A stretch of DNA of 64,000 bases from an uncultured beta proteobacterium (lineage in GTDB: Bacteria; Pseudomonadota; Gammaproteobacteria; Burkholderiales; SG8-41), in contig CAISYC010000049.1 in assembly GCA_903889565.1 (NCBI GenBank), positions 73,873-137,872 of the forward strand. The letters are read 5' to 3'. The notes beneath the pieces are model-generated. The model worked only from the letters and a program-made list of their open reading frames with translations. It was not told the origin of the DNA and made no database searches. The position numbers and the translations under genes are program-made. Below, in pieces: positions 26,373 through 34,992 of the stretch. Every line of letters begins with the position of its first letter. Within the stretch, counting starts at the first letter, position 1.

Positions 26373-27221
26373 TTACGGCTTCAGATCGGCTTGGGTCACA
26401 TCACCCATATAGACGTAACCCGTTTCCTCGACGCTGCCGGCATTGATGTAAATACCAATCACTTCGAGCGGCTCGGTCTTGCTCAGATTGTAGAGAAAGT
26501 GCTCGGTGCCCTTGGGGATGTAATGAAAATGCCCGCCGCGCACCTCGGCGCGATCGGCGCCGGCGCCGGCCCAGCCGTGGCCGCTGATGACGTAATAGAT
26601 TTCGTCGCAGTGATCGTGGCGGTGTTTCTTGTGAATGGCGCCCGGCATGAACTTGGCCCAGAACAGCGTGGTGTCGCTGCCGTTATGGCGGCCGAGCGGC
26701 ATGCGGAAGTCGGTGATGCTCCAGCCGTCCTTCACTTCCATCTTCGCCGGCTTGACGTCGTCGATGTGCACGAGGATGCCTTCATGCAGCGTTTTGGCGC
26801 GCGGCATCGCGAGATCGGCGTCGGTGACGTGTCCGCAGAACTGATAGCCGGTATCGGCAACATCTTTGGCACCGACGTAAAAACCGACCACCATTGCCTC
26901 TTCGTCTTTCGTCTGGTTGTAGAAGAAATGCTCCGAGCCCGGCGGCATCAGGCGACAGTGACCGGCGCGGATTTCGGTGCGCTCCTTGCTTTGACCGACG
27001 GTGCCGTGGCCCTTGAGGTAGACCGCGATTTCGGGGCAGCGGCTGTGCAAATGCCTGGCGTGCGTCGAGCCGGGCCGGAAGATGGCGTGAAACACCGTGG
27101 TATCGCTGCCGTTTTTGCCACTGATCGGCAGACGGAATTCGGAGATGGCCCAGCCGTCGCCCTCTTGCATGTTCTCGGGGCGGACGTCGTCGATATGCAC
27201 CAGCGGATATTGCAATGCCAT
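26373..27221 (-). CDS. bicupin protein
   Basis: The sequence is internally duplicated. Each half has 'HIDDV.P..M...DGW.I..FR.P', 'H.H..C.EI.Y' and 'G...F...P.G.EHF.YN' (cupin motifs 1 and 2). Confidence 0.8.
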   Translation of the reverse strand: MALQYPLVHIDDVRPENMQEGDGWAISEFRLPISGKNGSDTTVFHAIFRPGSTHARHLHSRCPEIAVYLKGHGTVGQSKERTEIRAGHCRLMPPGSEHFFYNQTKDEEAMVVGFYVGAKDVADTGYQFCGHVTDADLAMPRAKTLHEGILVHIDDVKPAKMEVKDGWSITDFRMPLGRHNGSDTTLFWAKFMPGAIHKKHRHDHCDEIYYVISGHGWAGAGADRAEVRGGHFHYIPKGTEHFLYNLSKTEPLEVIGIYINAGSVEETGYVYMGDVTQADLKP

Positions 27222-27370
27222 GGTTATCCTCGGGTTGTAGCCGGCCGCTGTTTTTATGATGGAGCCGGAGCGGACATTTTACGCCGATTGGCGACCCCGC
27301 CCGCGCGCCCGCGCGCAACTGCGCTACCATGCGGGCATAAACTTCGCGTGGACTGCAAGGGAGGGGAACC

Positions 27371-28339
27371 ATGACGATCAAACGCGTTGCGACGCTGCTG
27401 GCGCTCGCCTTCGCGATTGCCGCGGCACCTGCGGCCATCGCGCGGAACAAATGGCCGGACAAACCAGTACGCATGGTGGTGCCGTTTCCACCCGGCGGCA
27501 ACACCGATGTGGTCGCGCGCCTGCTGGCGCCGCGGCTCGCCGAGGAATACGGCCAGCAATTCATTGTCGATAATCGCGGCGGTGCCGGCGGCACGGTCGG
27601 CGCCGAGATCGTCGCGCGCGCAAATCCGGACGGCTATACGCTGATCGTGGTCGCCTCGACCTATGCGTCGAGCGCCGCGCTCTACCAGCTGCCGTACGAT
27701 CCTGTTACCGGCATCGCGCCGGTCGGCATCATCACCGCCGGTCCGCTGATCCTCGCCTCCAGTCTTGCCGTGAAGGCGAACAATCTCAAAGAGTTCGTCG
27801 AACTCGCGCGCGCCAAACCCGGCGCACTGACATTCGGTTCATCGGGCACCGGCAGCGTGCCGCATCTCGCGACCGAGTTGCTGCTGCAATTGACGAAGAC
27901 CAGTGCGGTGCATGTGCCGTACAAAGGCGACACCCCCGCGATCGCCGACCTGATGGGCGGCCACATCCAGTTTCTGTTGAGCTCGCCGCTGGCAATCGCG
28001 CCGCAGATCAAGGCGGGGCGCCTGCGCGGACTCGGCGTCACCACCGAACAGCGCTCGCAGGTATTGCCCGAGCTGCCGGCAATCGGCGAAGTGGTGCCGG
28101 GTTATGCGGCAGCCACCTGGTTCGCGATGTGGGCGCCGGCAGGCACGCCGAAGGACATCGTCGCGCGGCTCAACCATTCAATCGCGCGCATCGCGCAGCA
28201 AGCCGACATGCAGGCGCGGCTGCGCGCCGATGGCATGGAACCCGCATCGTCCTCGCCGGAAGAATTTGCGCGTTTCATTGGTGATGAAATCGCCAAGTGG
28301 GCCAAGGTCGTCAAGGCGGGCAACATCAAAGTCGATTGA
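27371..28339 (+). CDS. Bug/TctC-family substrate-binding protein
   Basis: 'WPDKPVRMVVPFPPGGNTD', 'FIVDNRGGAGG', 'HVPYKGDTP', 'PELPAIGEVV'. Confidence 0.9.
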   Translation: MTIKRVATLLALAFAIAAAPAAIARNKWPDKPVRMVVPFPPGGNTDVVARLLAPRLAEEYGQQFIVDNRGGAGGTVGAEIVARANPDGYTLIVVASTYASSAALYQLPYDPVTGIAPVGIITAGPLILASSLAVKANNLKEFVELARAKPGALTFGSSGTGSVPHLATELLLQLTKTSAVHVPYKGDTPAIADLMGGHIQFLLSSPLAIAPQIKAGRLRGLGVTTEQRSQVLPELPAIGEVVPGYAAATWFAMWAPAGTPKDIVARLNHSIARIAQQADMQARLRADGMEPASSSPEEFARFIGDEIAKWAKVVKAGNIKVD

Positions 28340-28426
28340 AACTACGTACATCGTTGATACTTTGCAACTGGACGCACGCAATTGGCGGGCGATATTGCGC
28401 GTCAATTTGCGCTGACATTCAAGTTC

Positions 28427-28458
28427 GTGTCGATATGCGATCGGCGACGTCTCGACAC
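28427..28458. promoter_or_regulatory. inverted repeat, candidate enhancer (UAS) for the pilin sigma-54 promoter
   Basis: GTGTCGA-N18-TCGACAC, ~180-210 bp upstream of the -24 element. Confidence 0.3.
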
Positions 28459-28635
28459 TAACGACGAGAATTGCACAGCGCAACGGCTGAATCGGCGAAT
28501 TCGCCGCGCGCCGAAGCACCCGCTTTGGCAGGTAACTATTATTCGGAATACCTATTTCGCGGAATGACTTAGCACAGCAGACCGCACTGCAGCATTCTTC
28601 CTCGCTCATGTGAACCCGTGCTTGTTTGCGTTTGA

Positions 28636-28650
28636 TGGCACGACCCTTGC
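28636..28650 (+). promoter_or_regulatory. sigma-54 (-24/-12) promoter match upstream of pilin gene
   Basis: TGGCAC-gaccc-TTGC equals the consensus TGGCAC-N5-TTGC(W). It lies 43 nt upstream of TTG 28693. Confidence 0.65.
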
Positions 28651-28692
28651 GCTGGATTGCTCCAGATAACATCCGCCAACAAAGCGATCAAA

Positions 28693-29382
28693 TTGCGAAA
28701 ATACAAGGGCTTTACCCTGATCGAAGTTGCGATCGTGCTGGTGATCGTCGGCCTGCTCTTGGGCGGCGTGCTCAAGGGACAGGAGCTGATCAATGCCGCA
28801 CGCGTGCGCAGCTACGCCTCGCAGCTCGACGGCATCAAGATCGCTTATCTGGGTTTCTTCGACCGCTACCGCGCCATGCCCGGCGATCTGCCGACAGCAA
28901 TCGCCAACGCACAGATCATCGGCAGCCCCGGCGGCTGCACCGGCGGCACCGGCTGCAACAACGGCAAAATCGATGACGACGAAATCTACGTGGTGTGGGC
29001 GCAGATCTCGCATTCCGGCTTTATCCAGCCGCCGTACAACGGCACGATCACCGATACCACGCCGACGCCTGCCAACAATCCGAACAATCCGTTTGGCGGC
29101 TATCTGCACCTGATGACCGACTCGCGCTACGACGATCTGCTCGATCCCGCGCAACCGCCGCTGCTCAACATCAAGAGCGGCAGCCAGATGACCGGCGCGG
29201 TGCTGGGCGAGATCGACCGCAAGATCGATGATGGTCTGCCGCTGACCGGCGTGTTCCGTTCCTACGGCCATACCGCGACCACCGCCTACGACGGCGTCAC
29301 CGACTGCACCATCGCCGGCACCCCGGTGCAATGGAACGGCGGCTCGCCGGTCAATACCTGCGGCGGCACGGCGATCCAGTAA
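28693..29382 (+). CDS. type IV pilin-like protein (prepilin N-terminal cleavage/methylation domain), orphan
   Basis: 'KGFTLIEVAIVLVIVGLLLGGVL' is the class III signal with Glu5. TTG 28693 gives the canonical leader (M)RKYKG|FTLIE. The ORF also has ATG 28657, which would lie upstream of the predicted sigma-54 TSS. C-terminal Cys pair 'DCTIAGTPVQWNGGSPVNTC'. Confidence 0.75.
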   Translation: MRKYKGFTLIEVAIVLVIVGLLLGGVLKGQELINAARVRSYASQLDGIKIAYLGFFDRYRAMPGDLPTAIANAQIIGSPGGCTGGTGCNNGKIDDDEIYVVWAQISHSGFIQPPYNGTITDTTPTPANNPNNPFGGYLHLMTDSRYDDLLDPAQPPLLNIKSGSQMTGAVLGEIDRKIDDGLPLTGVFRSYGHTATTAYDGVTDCTIAGTPVQWNGGSPVNTCGGTAIQ

Positions 29383-29390
29383 CGCCGGGG

Positions 29391-30347
29391 CTAGGGTTTC
29401 AGCCCGAACTTCTCGACCACCAGTTTCTCCGCCGCATACTGCTCGCGCACCCAGCGCGTGTAGTCCTCGGTGTTGAGGTAGCTTTTCACCTGGTCGTAAC
29501 GCTCCATCGTCTTCACGAACTCGGGGTCATCGAGTGCCTTGTGAAAGGCATCGTGCAGGATCTTCACCACCTTCGGATCCATGCCTTTCGGTCCGCCGAT
29601 GCCGTACGACGAACTCGCATTGACGTCGTAGCCCTGCTCTTTCGCCGTCGGGATGTCCGGCCAGCGCTTGATGCGGTTGGCGCCGAGAATGCCGAGCACG
29701 CGGATCTTGCCGGCATCGACCAGCGGCGCGTAGTAGATCGCGCTCGCCACCGCATCGATGTGCCCGCCGATCATGGCGTTCAGCATGTCGCTCGACACGC
29801 GGTGCGGCACATGGACCATTTTGATGCCGGCGCGCCAGGACAGATCTTCCATCGCCATATGCATGGTGACGCCGATGCCGGAGGTGCCGTAGGTCAGCGT
29901 GCCCGGGCTCGCCTTCGCCGCGTTGACCAGATCGGTGATATTGCGAAACGGCGATTCATTGCGCACGATCAGCGCATAGGTGTAATCGACGATGCGGATG
30001 ATCCAGGTGAAATCATTGAGCACATCGAACTCGGTTTTCTGGATGTGCGGAATGCGCAGGATCGGCTGCGGCATCTGCGACAGGAGATAGCCGTCGGGCT
30101 TGCCGGTGTTGAGCATGATGGTCGGCGCCAGCGCGCCGCCGGCCCCCGGCTTGTCCTCGACCAGAATTTTTTTGCCGAGCGTCTTCGCTGCGGCGTCGCC
30201 CAGCGCGCGCAGTGTCACGCTGCTGCTGCTGCCCGGCGAATAGGCATGCAGCAGGGTGATGTTCTTTTCCGGAAATCCGTCGGCGGCGGCAGTAGCTGTG
30301 AACAGCGCGGCGATCGCCGCAGCACACAGCATGGATTTCAATGGCAT
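29391..30347 (-). CDS. divergent Bug/TctC-family substrate-binding protein
   Basis: Same length and layout as the other Bug proteins, with a signal peptide. The hallmark motif is degenerate: 'FPEKNITLLHAYSPGSSSS', 'ILVEDKPGAGG', 'HVPHRVSS', 'PDIPTAKEQG'. Confidence 0.75.
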   Translation of the reverse strand: MPLKSMLCAAAIAALFTATAAADGFPEKNITLLHAYSPGSSSSVTLRALGDAAAKTLGKKILVEDKPGAGGALAPTIMLNTGKPDGYLLSQMPQPILRIPHIQKTEFDVLNDFTWIIRIVDYTYALIVRNESPFRNITDLVNAAKASPGTLTYGTSGIGVTMHMAMEDLSWRAGIKMVHVPHRVSSDMLNAMIGGHIDAVASAIYYAPLVDAGKIRVLGILGANRIKRWPDIPTAKEQGYDVNASSSYGIGGPKGMDPKVVKILHDAFHKALDDPEFVKTMERYDQVKSYLNTEDYTRWVREQYAAEKLVVEKFGLKP

Positions 30348-30402
30348 CGATGCTCCCTGTTCGACGCGCCGCGCGATCTGCGTGAAATGGACGGCGTAAG
30401 AC

Positions 30403-31794
30403 TCAGGCCATCGCCTTTACTTCGCGCGCCGGCGCCATTTCCATGTCGGTCAGCGCCATCACTTCCGCGGCGCTGAAGCCCGGCGCCGTTTCCAGCAGCG
30501 CGAAGCGGCCGTTTTCCCACTTCAGCAGCGCAAGGTCGGTGACGACGTAACTCACGCAGCCCTTGCCGGTCAGCGGGTAGGCGCATTGTTTCTTGAGTTT
30601 CGGCCGGCCCTTGCTGTCGCAATGTTCCATCACGATGATGAGTTCGGTGCGGCCGGAAATCAGATCCATCGCGCCGCCGATGCCGCCGCGCTTGGCGTCG
30701 GCCACACTCCAGTTGGCCACACTGCCGGTCTGATCGACTTCGTAGGCGCCGAGGATCACGGTGTCGATGCGGCCGCCGCGCGCCATTTCGAACGAGGTCA
30801 CTGAATCGAAGAACGACGCCCCGGGCTTCAGCTCGATGTACTGGCCGCTGGCGTTGTACATGTCCGGATCGACCGCGGCGCCGGACACCATCTTGCCGTA
30901 GCCGAGCACGCCGTTCTCAGCGTGCAGCGTAACGTCGCGGCCTTCGAGATAGTTCGATACCATGGTTGGAATGCCGGTGCCGAGATTGACGTAGCTGCCC
31001 TCGCGCACGATTGCCGCGGCGCGTTTGGCGATGCCGGCGCGCGTCAGCGCCGGCTTGCCGTTGTATTCGCGCGGCTTGTCGGCGGGACGGCGGTTCGATT
31101 GCGGCGTCTGTTTCGGATCGAAGGGATAGGTGCTCTTCACCACGCGCGAAACGAAAATGCCGGGCAGGTTGATCAGTTCCGGCGGGATGCCGCCGACCTC
31201 GACGATTTCATCGACTTCGACGATGGCGCAACGCGCGGCCTTGGCGAATGCGGGATTGAGATTCTGGCTGCCGCCGCGGAACTGCACATTGCCGGCGCGG
31301 TCGGCGCGGTGCGCGCGCAGCAGCGCATAGTCGAGCTTGATCGCCGGTTCCAGCACGTAGCGGCGGCCGTCGAATTCGCGGATCTCCTTGCCCTTTTCAA
31401 GATCGGTGCCGGCGACGGTGGCGGAATAAAACGCCGGAATGCCGGCGCCGCCGGCGCGGCAGCGCTCGACCAGCGTGCCCTGCGGCACCAGTTCGACCTC
31501 GAGTTCGCCGGAAACGATCTGGTCTTCGGTCGCCGTCGGCATGCCCGGCCGCACGGTGAAGGCGGCGATCAGCTTTTTCATCTGCTTGTTCTCGGCCAGA
31601 ATCTGGCCGCGCAGTTCGCCCGGCGCGCCCATCGAATTGCAGACCAAAGTGAGATTCTTCGTGCCCTTGTCGCGCAGCGCCGTGATCATGCTCAGCGCGA
31701 AGCGGTGGCCGACGCTGAAGCCGCCGATGGCGACGGTGGCGCCGTCCTGCAAATCGGCGAGTGCGGCCTGCGGTGATGCGACTACCTTGTCCAT
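30403..31794 (-). CDS. family I CoA-transferase, fused subunit A-B
   Basis: The N-terminal half resembles 3-oxoacid CoA-transferase A ('LQDGATVAIGGF', 'ELVPQGTLVERCRAGGAGIPAF'). A ~25-aa linker follows. The C-terminal half resembles subunit B, with 'LHAENGVLG' at the position of the catalytic-Glu (S)ENG motif. Confidence 0.85.
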   Translation of the reverse strand: MDKVVASPQAALADLQDGATVAIGGFSVGHRFALSMITALRDKGTKNLTLVCNSMGAPGELRGQILAENKQMKKLIAAFTVRPGMPTATEDQIVSGELEVELVPQGTLVERCRAGGAGIPAFYSATVAGTDLEKGKEIREFDGRRYVLEPAIKLDYALLRAHRADRAGNVQFRGGSQNLNPAFAKAARCAIVEVDEIVEVGGIPPELINLPGIFVSRVVKSTYPFDPKQTPQSNRRPADKPREYNGKPALTRAGIAKRAAAIVREGSYVNLGTGIPTMVSNYLEGRDVTLHAENGVLGYGKMVSGAAVDPDMYNASGQYIELKPGASFFDSVTSFEMARGGRIDTVILGAYEVDQTGSVANWSVADAKRGGIGGAMDLISGRTELIIVMEHCDSKGRPKLKKQCAYPLTGKGCVSYVVTDLALLKWENGRFALLETAPGFSAAEVMALTDMEMAPAREVKAMA

Positions 31795-31833
31795 GCTGAA
31801 TCTCTCTCCCTGACAGAAATATGCTGAAATTCA

Positions 31834-31934
31834 GCCACAGAGGACACGGAGCACGCGGAGAAATTCAATTACAACGACGGCGCACGCGCATCGCGCGCAT
31901 TGGTTTTCTCCGTAAACTCTGTGTCCTCTGTGGC
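31834..31934. repeat. inverted-repeat element ('CCACAGAGGACAC' arms)
   Basis: Left arm gccacagaggacacggag...ggagaaa and right arm tttctccgtaaactctgtgtcctctgtggc. The 13-bp core ccacagaggacac/gtgtcctctgtgg is perfect. Confidence 0.75.
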
Positions 31935-32033
31935 CGGGGTTTGCCGACTTTGTTCGCGCTTTATTCGCGCTTGTTCGTTTTTTCGCCGCGCTGCGCCGGC
32001 GCAGCCTGAATCATAGCAGGCGCGTGCTCTCGT

Positions 32034-33008
32034 TTATTCGAGATCAAACTTGATGCGCTGCGCGAGTTTTGCCGTGCTGTCGTATTCGGCCGCCAGCATG
32101 GCGGCGAATTCGGCTGCGCTGCTGCCGACCGGCTCGGCGCCGGTGGCGACGATGCGCTCGCGCACATCAGGCAGCGCCAGCACCGCGGCGATTTCGCGGT
32201 TGAGCCGGTTGACAATGGCCGCGGGCGTGCCGGCCGGCGCGAGTATGCCGATCCAGGTCAGATGACTGTAGCCGGCCACCCCGCCCTCGGCGGCGGTCGG
32301 CACATCCGGCATCGTCGGCCAGCGTTTCTCGGATGTCATGGCGACCGGATACAGCGTGCCGGCGCGGATCAGCGTCATCACCGAAGGCAACGCTGCCATC
32401 GCCAGCGGCGTCTGTCCGCCCATCACATCCTGATTGGCCTGCGTCGCAACCTTGTAGGGCACGTGCGTGATATCGACATTGGCGGCGAGCTTGAACATTT
32501 CCATCGCGATGTTGGTCGGCGAACCGTTGCCGGCGCTGCCGTAGACGAGCTTGCCCGGCGCGGCGCGCGCAGCGGCAATCAGATCCCTGACCGAGCGCAG
32601 CGTCGTCTTCGGATGCGCGATGATCACCGACGGCGCCCGCGTCAGCTCGGCCACCGCCACATAGTCACGGCGCGGATCGTAGCCCGGACTGCGGTAAAGG
32701 AAGGGGTTGATGTTGAAGCTGTTGGTCGTCTCGAGCAACGTGTAACCGTCGGCCGGCACCTTGACCACCGAGGCCATGCCGATGTTGCCGCCCGCACCCG
32801 GCCGGTTCTCGACCACGATCTGGCGGCCGATGTCCCGGCTCACGCGGTCGGCGACGATGCGGCCGACGACGTCGAGCCCGCCGCCAGCGCCCATGCAGAT
32901 CACCAGCAATACCGGCTTGCTCGGATACTCGCCCTCGGCACGTACCGGCGCCACCGCGAGCAGACATGACGCCAGCAGCGCCGAAATTATTTTGTCGGAA
33001 TGAACCAC
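32034..33008 (-). CDS. Bug/TctC-family substrate-binding protein
   Basis: 'YPSKPVLLVICMGAGGGLD', 'IVVENRPGAGG', 'HVPYKVAT', 'PDVPTAAEGG'. GTG 33008 is preceded by GGGGAGGGG. The ORF extends to 33077. Confidence 0.85.
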   Translation of the reverse strand: MVHSDKIISALLASCLLAVAPVRAEGEYPSKPVLLVICMGAGGGLDVVGRIVADRVSRDIGRQIVVENRPGAGGNIGMASVVKVPADGYTLLETTNSFNINPFLYRSPGYDPRRDYVAVAELTRAPSVIIAHPKTTLRSVRDLIAAARAAPGKLVYGSAGNGSPTNIAMEMFKLAANVDITHVPYKVATQANQDVMGGQTPLAMAALPSVMTLIRAGTLYPVAMTSEKRWPTMPDVPTAAEGGVAGYSHLTWIGILAPAGTPAAIVNRLNREIAAVLALPDVRERIVATGAEPVGSSAAEFAAMLAAEYDSTAKLAQRIKFDLE

Positions 33009-33175
33009 CTGCCCCTCCCCGGATGTCGGTCGTTCGAGCGTCGAGTTTACATTGATTCGCCGCCGCCAACCGGCCACGGATTCATGCGCCTCTGATGCTT
33101 TGGCGCGCCGGCGGCTTTATACTCGCGGGGCCGGCGCGTTGGTGCAGCCGGCGCTTTACGTCTTCAGGATACGCC

Positions 33176-34144
33176 ATGCTCGTCAACTGCTTTGCTTATC
33201 AGGATGGAAAACGCGTCGCCGATCATTTCACGCCGGCCGACGTCGGCCGCTACATCGGCCGCCCCGAGTGTTTCGTGTGGGTCGCACTGAAGGATCCGGA
33301 GCCGGGCGAATTTTCCGAGCTGGAAAGCCAGTTCGGCCTGCATGAACTGGCGGTCGAGGACGCCAGCCACGGCCACCAGCGGCCGAAGATCGAGGAATAC
33401 GGCGATTCGATTTTCGCCGTGCTGCACATGATCGAGATGGTCAACGACGAACTGGTGGTCGGCGAGGTCGACATCTTCGCCGGCCCCAATTACATCCTGT
33501 CGGTGCGCAACAACGCCGAAAAGGGCTTCACGGAAGTGCGCGCGCGCTGCGAGCGCGAACCCGAGCTGCTGCGCCTCGGCTCGGGCTTCGTGCTCTATGC
33601 GCTGATGGACGCGGTGGTGGACCGCTATTTTCCGATCATGGACGCGCTCGAAACCGAACTGGAATCGCTCGAAGAACGCATGTTCAACGGCGGCGCCGCG
33701 CGCGCCAACATCGAGGACATGTATGCGCTGAAGCAGAAGCTGATGGTGTTGAAGCACGCCGTCGGCCCGCTGCTCGAAGGCGTGGGCAAACTCTATGGCG
33801 GGCGCGTGCCGCAGATCTGCGCCGGCACCCAGGATTATTACCGCGACGTCTACGACCACCTGATGCGCATCAACCAGTCAATCGACGCGCTGCGCGACAT
33901 GGTCACCACCGCGCTGTCGGTCAACCTGTCGCTGATCACGGTGTCCGAAAACGAAACCACCAAGCGGCTCGCCGCCTGCGCCGCGCTGGTCGCGGTGCCG
34001 ACGCTGATCGCCGGCATCTACGGCATGAATTTTGAAACCATGCCCGAACTCAAATGGGCCTACGGCTATCCGCTCGCCCTGACCATCATGGCGGTGATCG
34101 ACATCTATCTGTATTTCCGCTTCCGCAAATCCGGCTGGCTCTGA
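33176..34144 (+). CDS. corA: CorA-family magnesium/cobalt transporter
   Basis: C-terminal 'AGIYGMNFETMPELKW' contains the GMN signature between two TM helices. The N-terminal cytoplasmic domain is typical. Confidence 0.9.
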   Translation: MLVNCFAYQDGKRVADHFTPADVGRYIGRPECFVWVALKDPEPGEFSELESQFGLHELAVEDASHGHQRPKIEEYGDSIFAVLHMIEMVNDELVVGEVDIFAGPNYILSVRNNAEKGFTEVRARCEREPELLRLGSGFVLYALMDAVVDRYFPIMDALETELESLEERMFNGGAARANIEDMYALKQKLMVLKHAVGPLLEGVGKLYGGRVPQICAGTQDYYRDVYDHLMRINQSIDALRDMVTTALSVNLSLITVSENETTKRLAACAALVAVPTLIAGIYGMNFETMPELKWAYGYPLALTIMAVIDIYLYFRFRKSGWL

Positions 34145-34180
34145 ACAATAATACGGCGCGCGCGCCGACTGGAGGAGTTC

Positions 34181-34906
34181 GTGGACCGCAGCCTCTGCAT
34201 CACCTGGTACGACCTGCCCGCGCAGCATCAACCCGCCTACCTCGAGTGGCTGCACGGCAGCTTTCTGCCGCGACAGCTGCAGAAGCCCGGTGTGCTGTGG
34301 GCGGCGCATTACGAATGCGAGCGCACGCCGGATCCGGTGCACAAGATCCTATCGTATGCGGCCGACGCGGTGCCGGCCGGCAACGACCACATACTCGTCA
34401 TCGGCGCGAGCCACGCGCACGCCTTCGCGCCACCGGCGCCGGACCAAACCGACCAGTACGTCACCGACGAAGACCGCGCGATGCTGGCGATGCGCGCCGG
34501 CGAACGAATCAACATCTTTGTCGAAGAAGCCTGCATCGACGGCCCCGCTGCCGCCGAGCGCAAGCGCGGCCTCGAATTGAGCCCGTGCATACAGCTCGGC
34601 AGCTTCAACACCCGCGGCGACGACGACGAGCACGGCCTGATGGCGTGGTACGCGCACAACCGCCTGCCCGGCCTCGCGCGCACGCCCGGCTGCATCGGCG
34701 TGCGCAAAATGGTGTCGGTAGCCGGCTGGGCCAAACACGGCGTACTCTACGAATTCACCTCGAAGGCGGAGCGTGAAAAATATTTTCGCGCTTATGAAAA
34801 CGCCGATCCGGTGATGGCGGCGTGGACCGACCGCCTGCGCCGTTCGCTGATCCACGCGCCGGGCTCGGCAAATGTCGCTTATCGGATCTGGCCGTCAGTT
34901 AACTAA
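34181..34906 (+). CDS. hypothetical protein with two EthD/DUF4286-like repeats
   Basis: GTG start with GGAGGA SD. Two halves each carry 'W(Y)....H...LP.L...PG' ('AYLEWLHGSFLPRQLQKPGVLWAAHY' and 'LMAWYAHNRLPGLARTPGCIGVRKM'). The fold assignment is a guess. Confidence 0.55.
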   Translation: MDRSLCITWYDLPAQHQPAYLEWLHGSFLPRQLQKPGVLWAAHYECERTPDPVHKILSYAADAVPAGNDHILVIGASHAHAFAPPAPDQTDQYVTDEDRAMLAMRAGERINIFVEEACIDGPAAAERKRGLELSPCIQLGSFNTRGDDDEHGLMAWYAHNRLPGLARTPGCIGVRKMVSVAGWAKHGVLYEFTSKAEREKYFRAYENADPVMAAWTDRLRRSLIHAPGSANVAYRIWPSVN

Positions 34907-34916
34907 AATTTTTCCC

Positions 34917-34937
34917 CTTCCCCCCTTGAAGGGGAAG
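34917..34937. repeat. C/G-tract palindromic REP
   Basis: cttccccccttgaaggggaag, followed by a weaker cccctcaagggg. Confidence 0.7.
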
Positions 34938-34992
34938 TACCCCTCAAGGGGGGGGAAGCTGGTGCGTCACCCGTCGTCAAGGCAGGAATTAC

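Noticed and set aside
28178-28672. 164-aa minus-strand ORF in the pilin upstream region
   Set aside because: It overlaps the 3' end of the Bug gene 27371..28339 by ~160 nt and has no motif or SD. The region is better explained as the sigma-54 regulatory region of the pilin gene.
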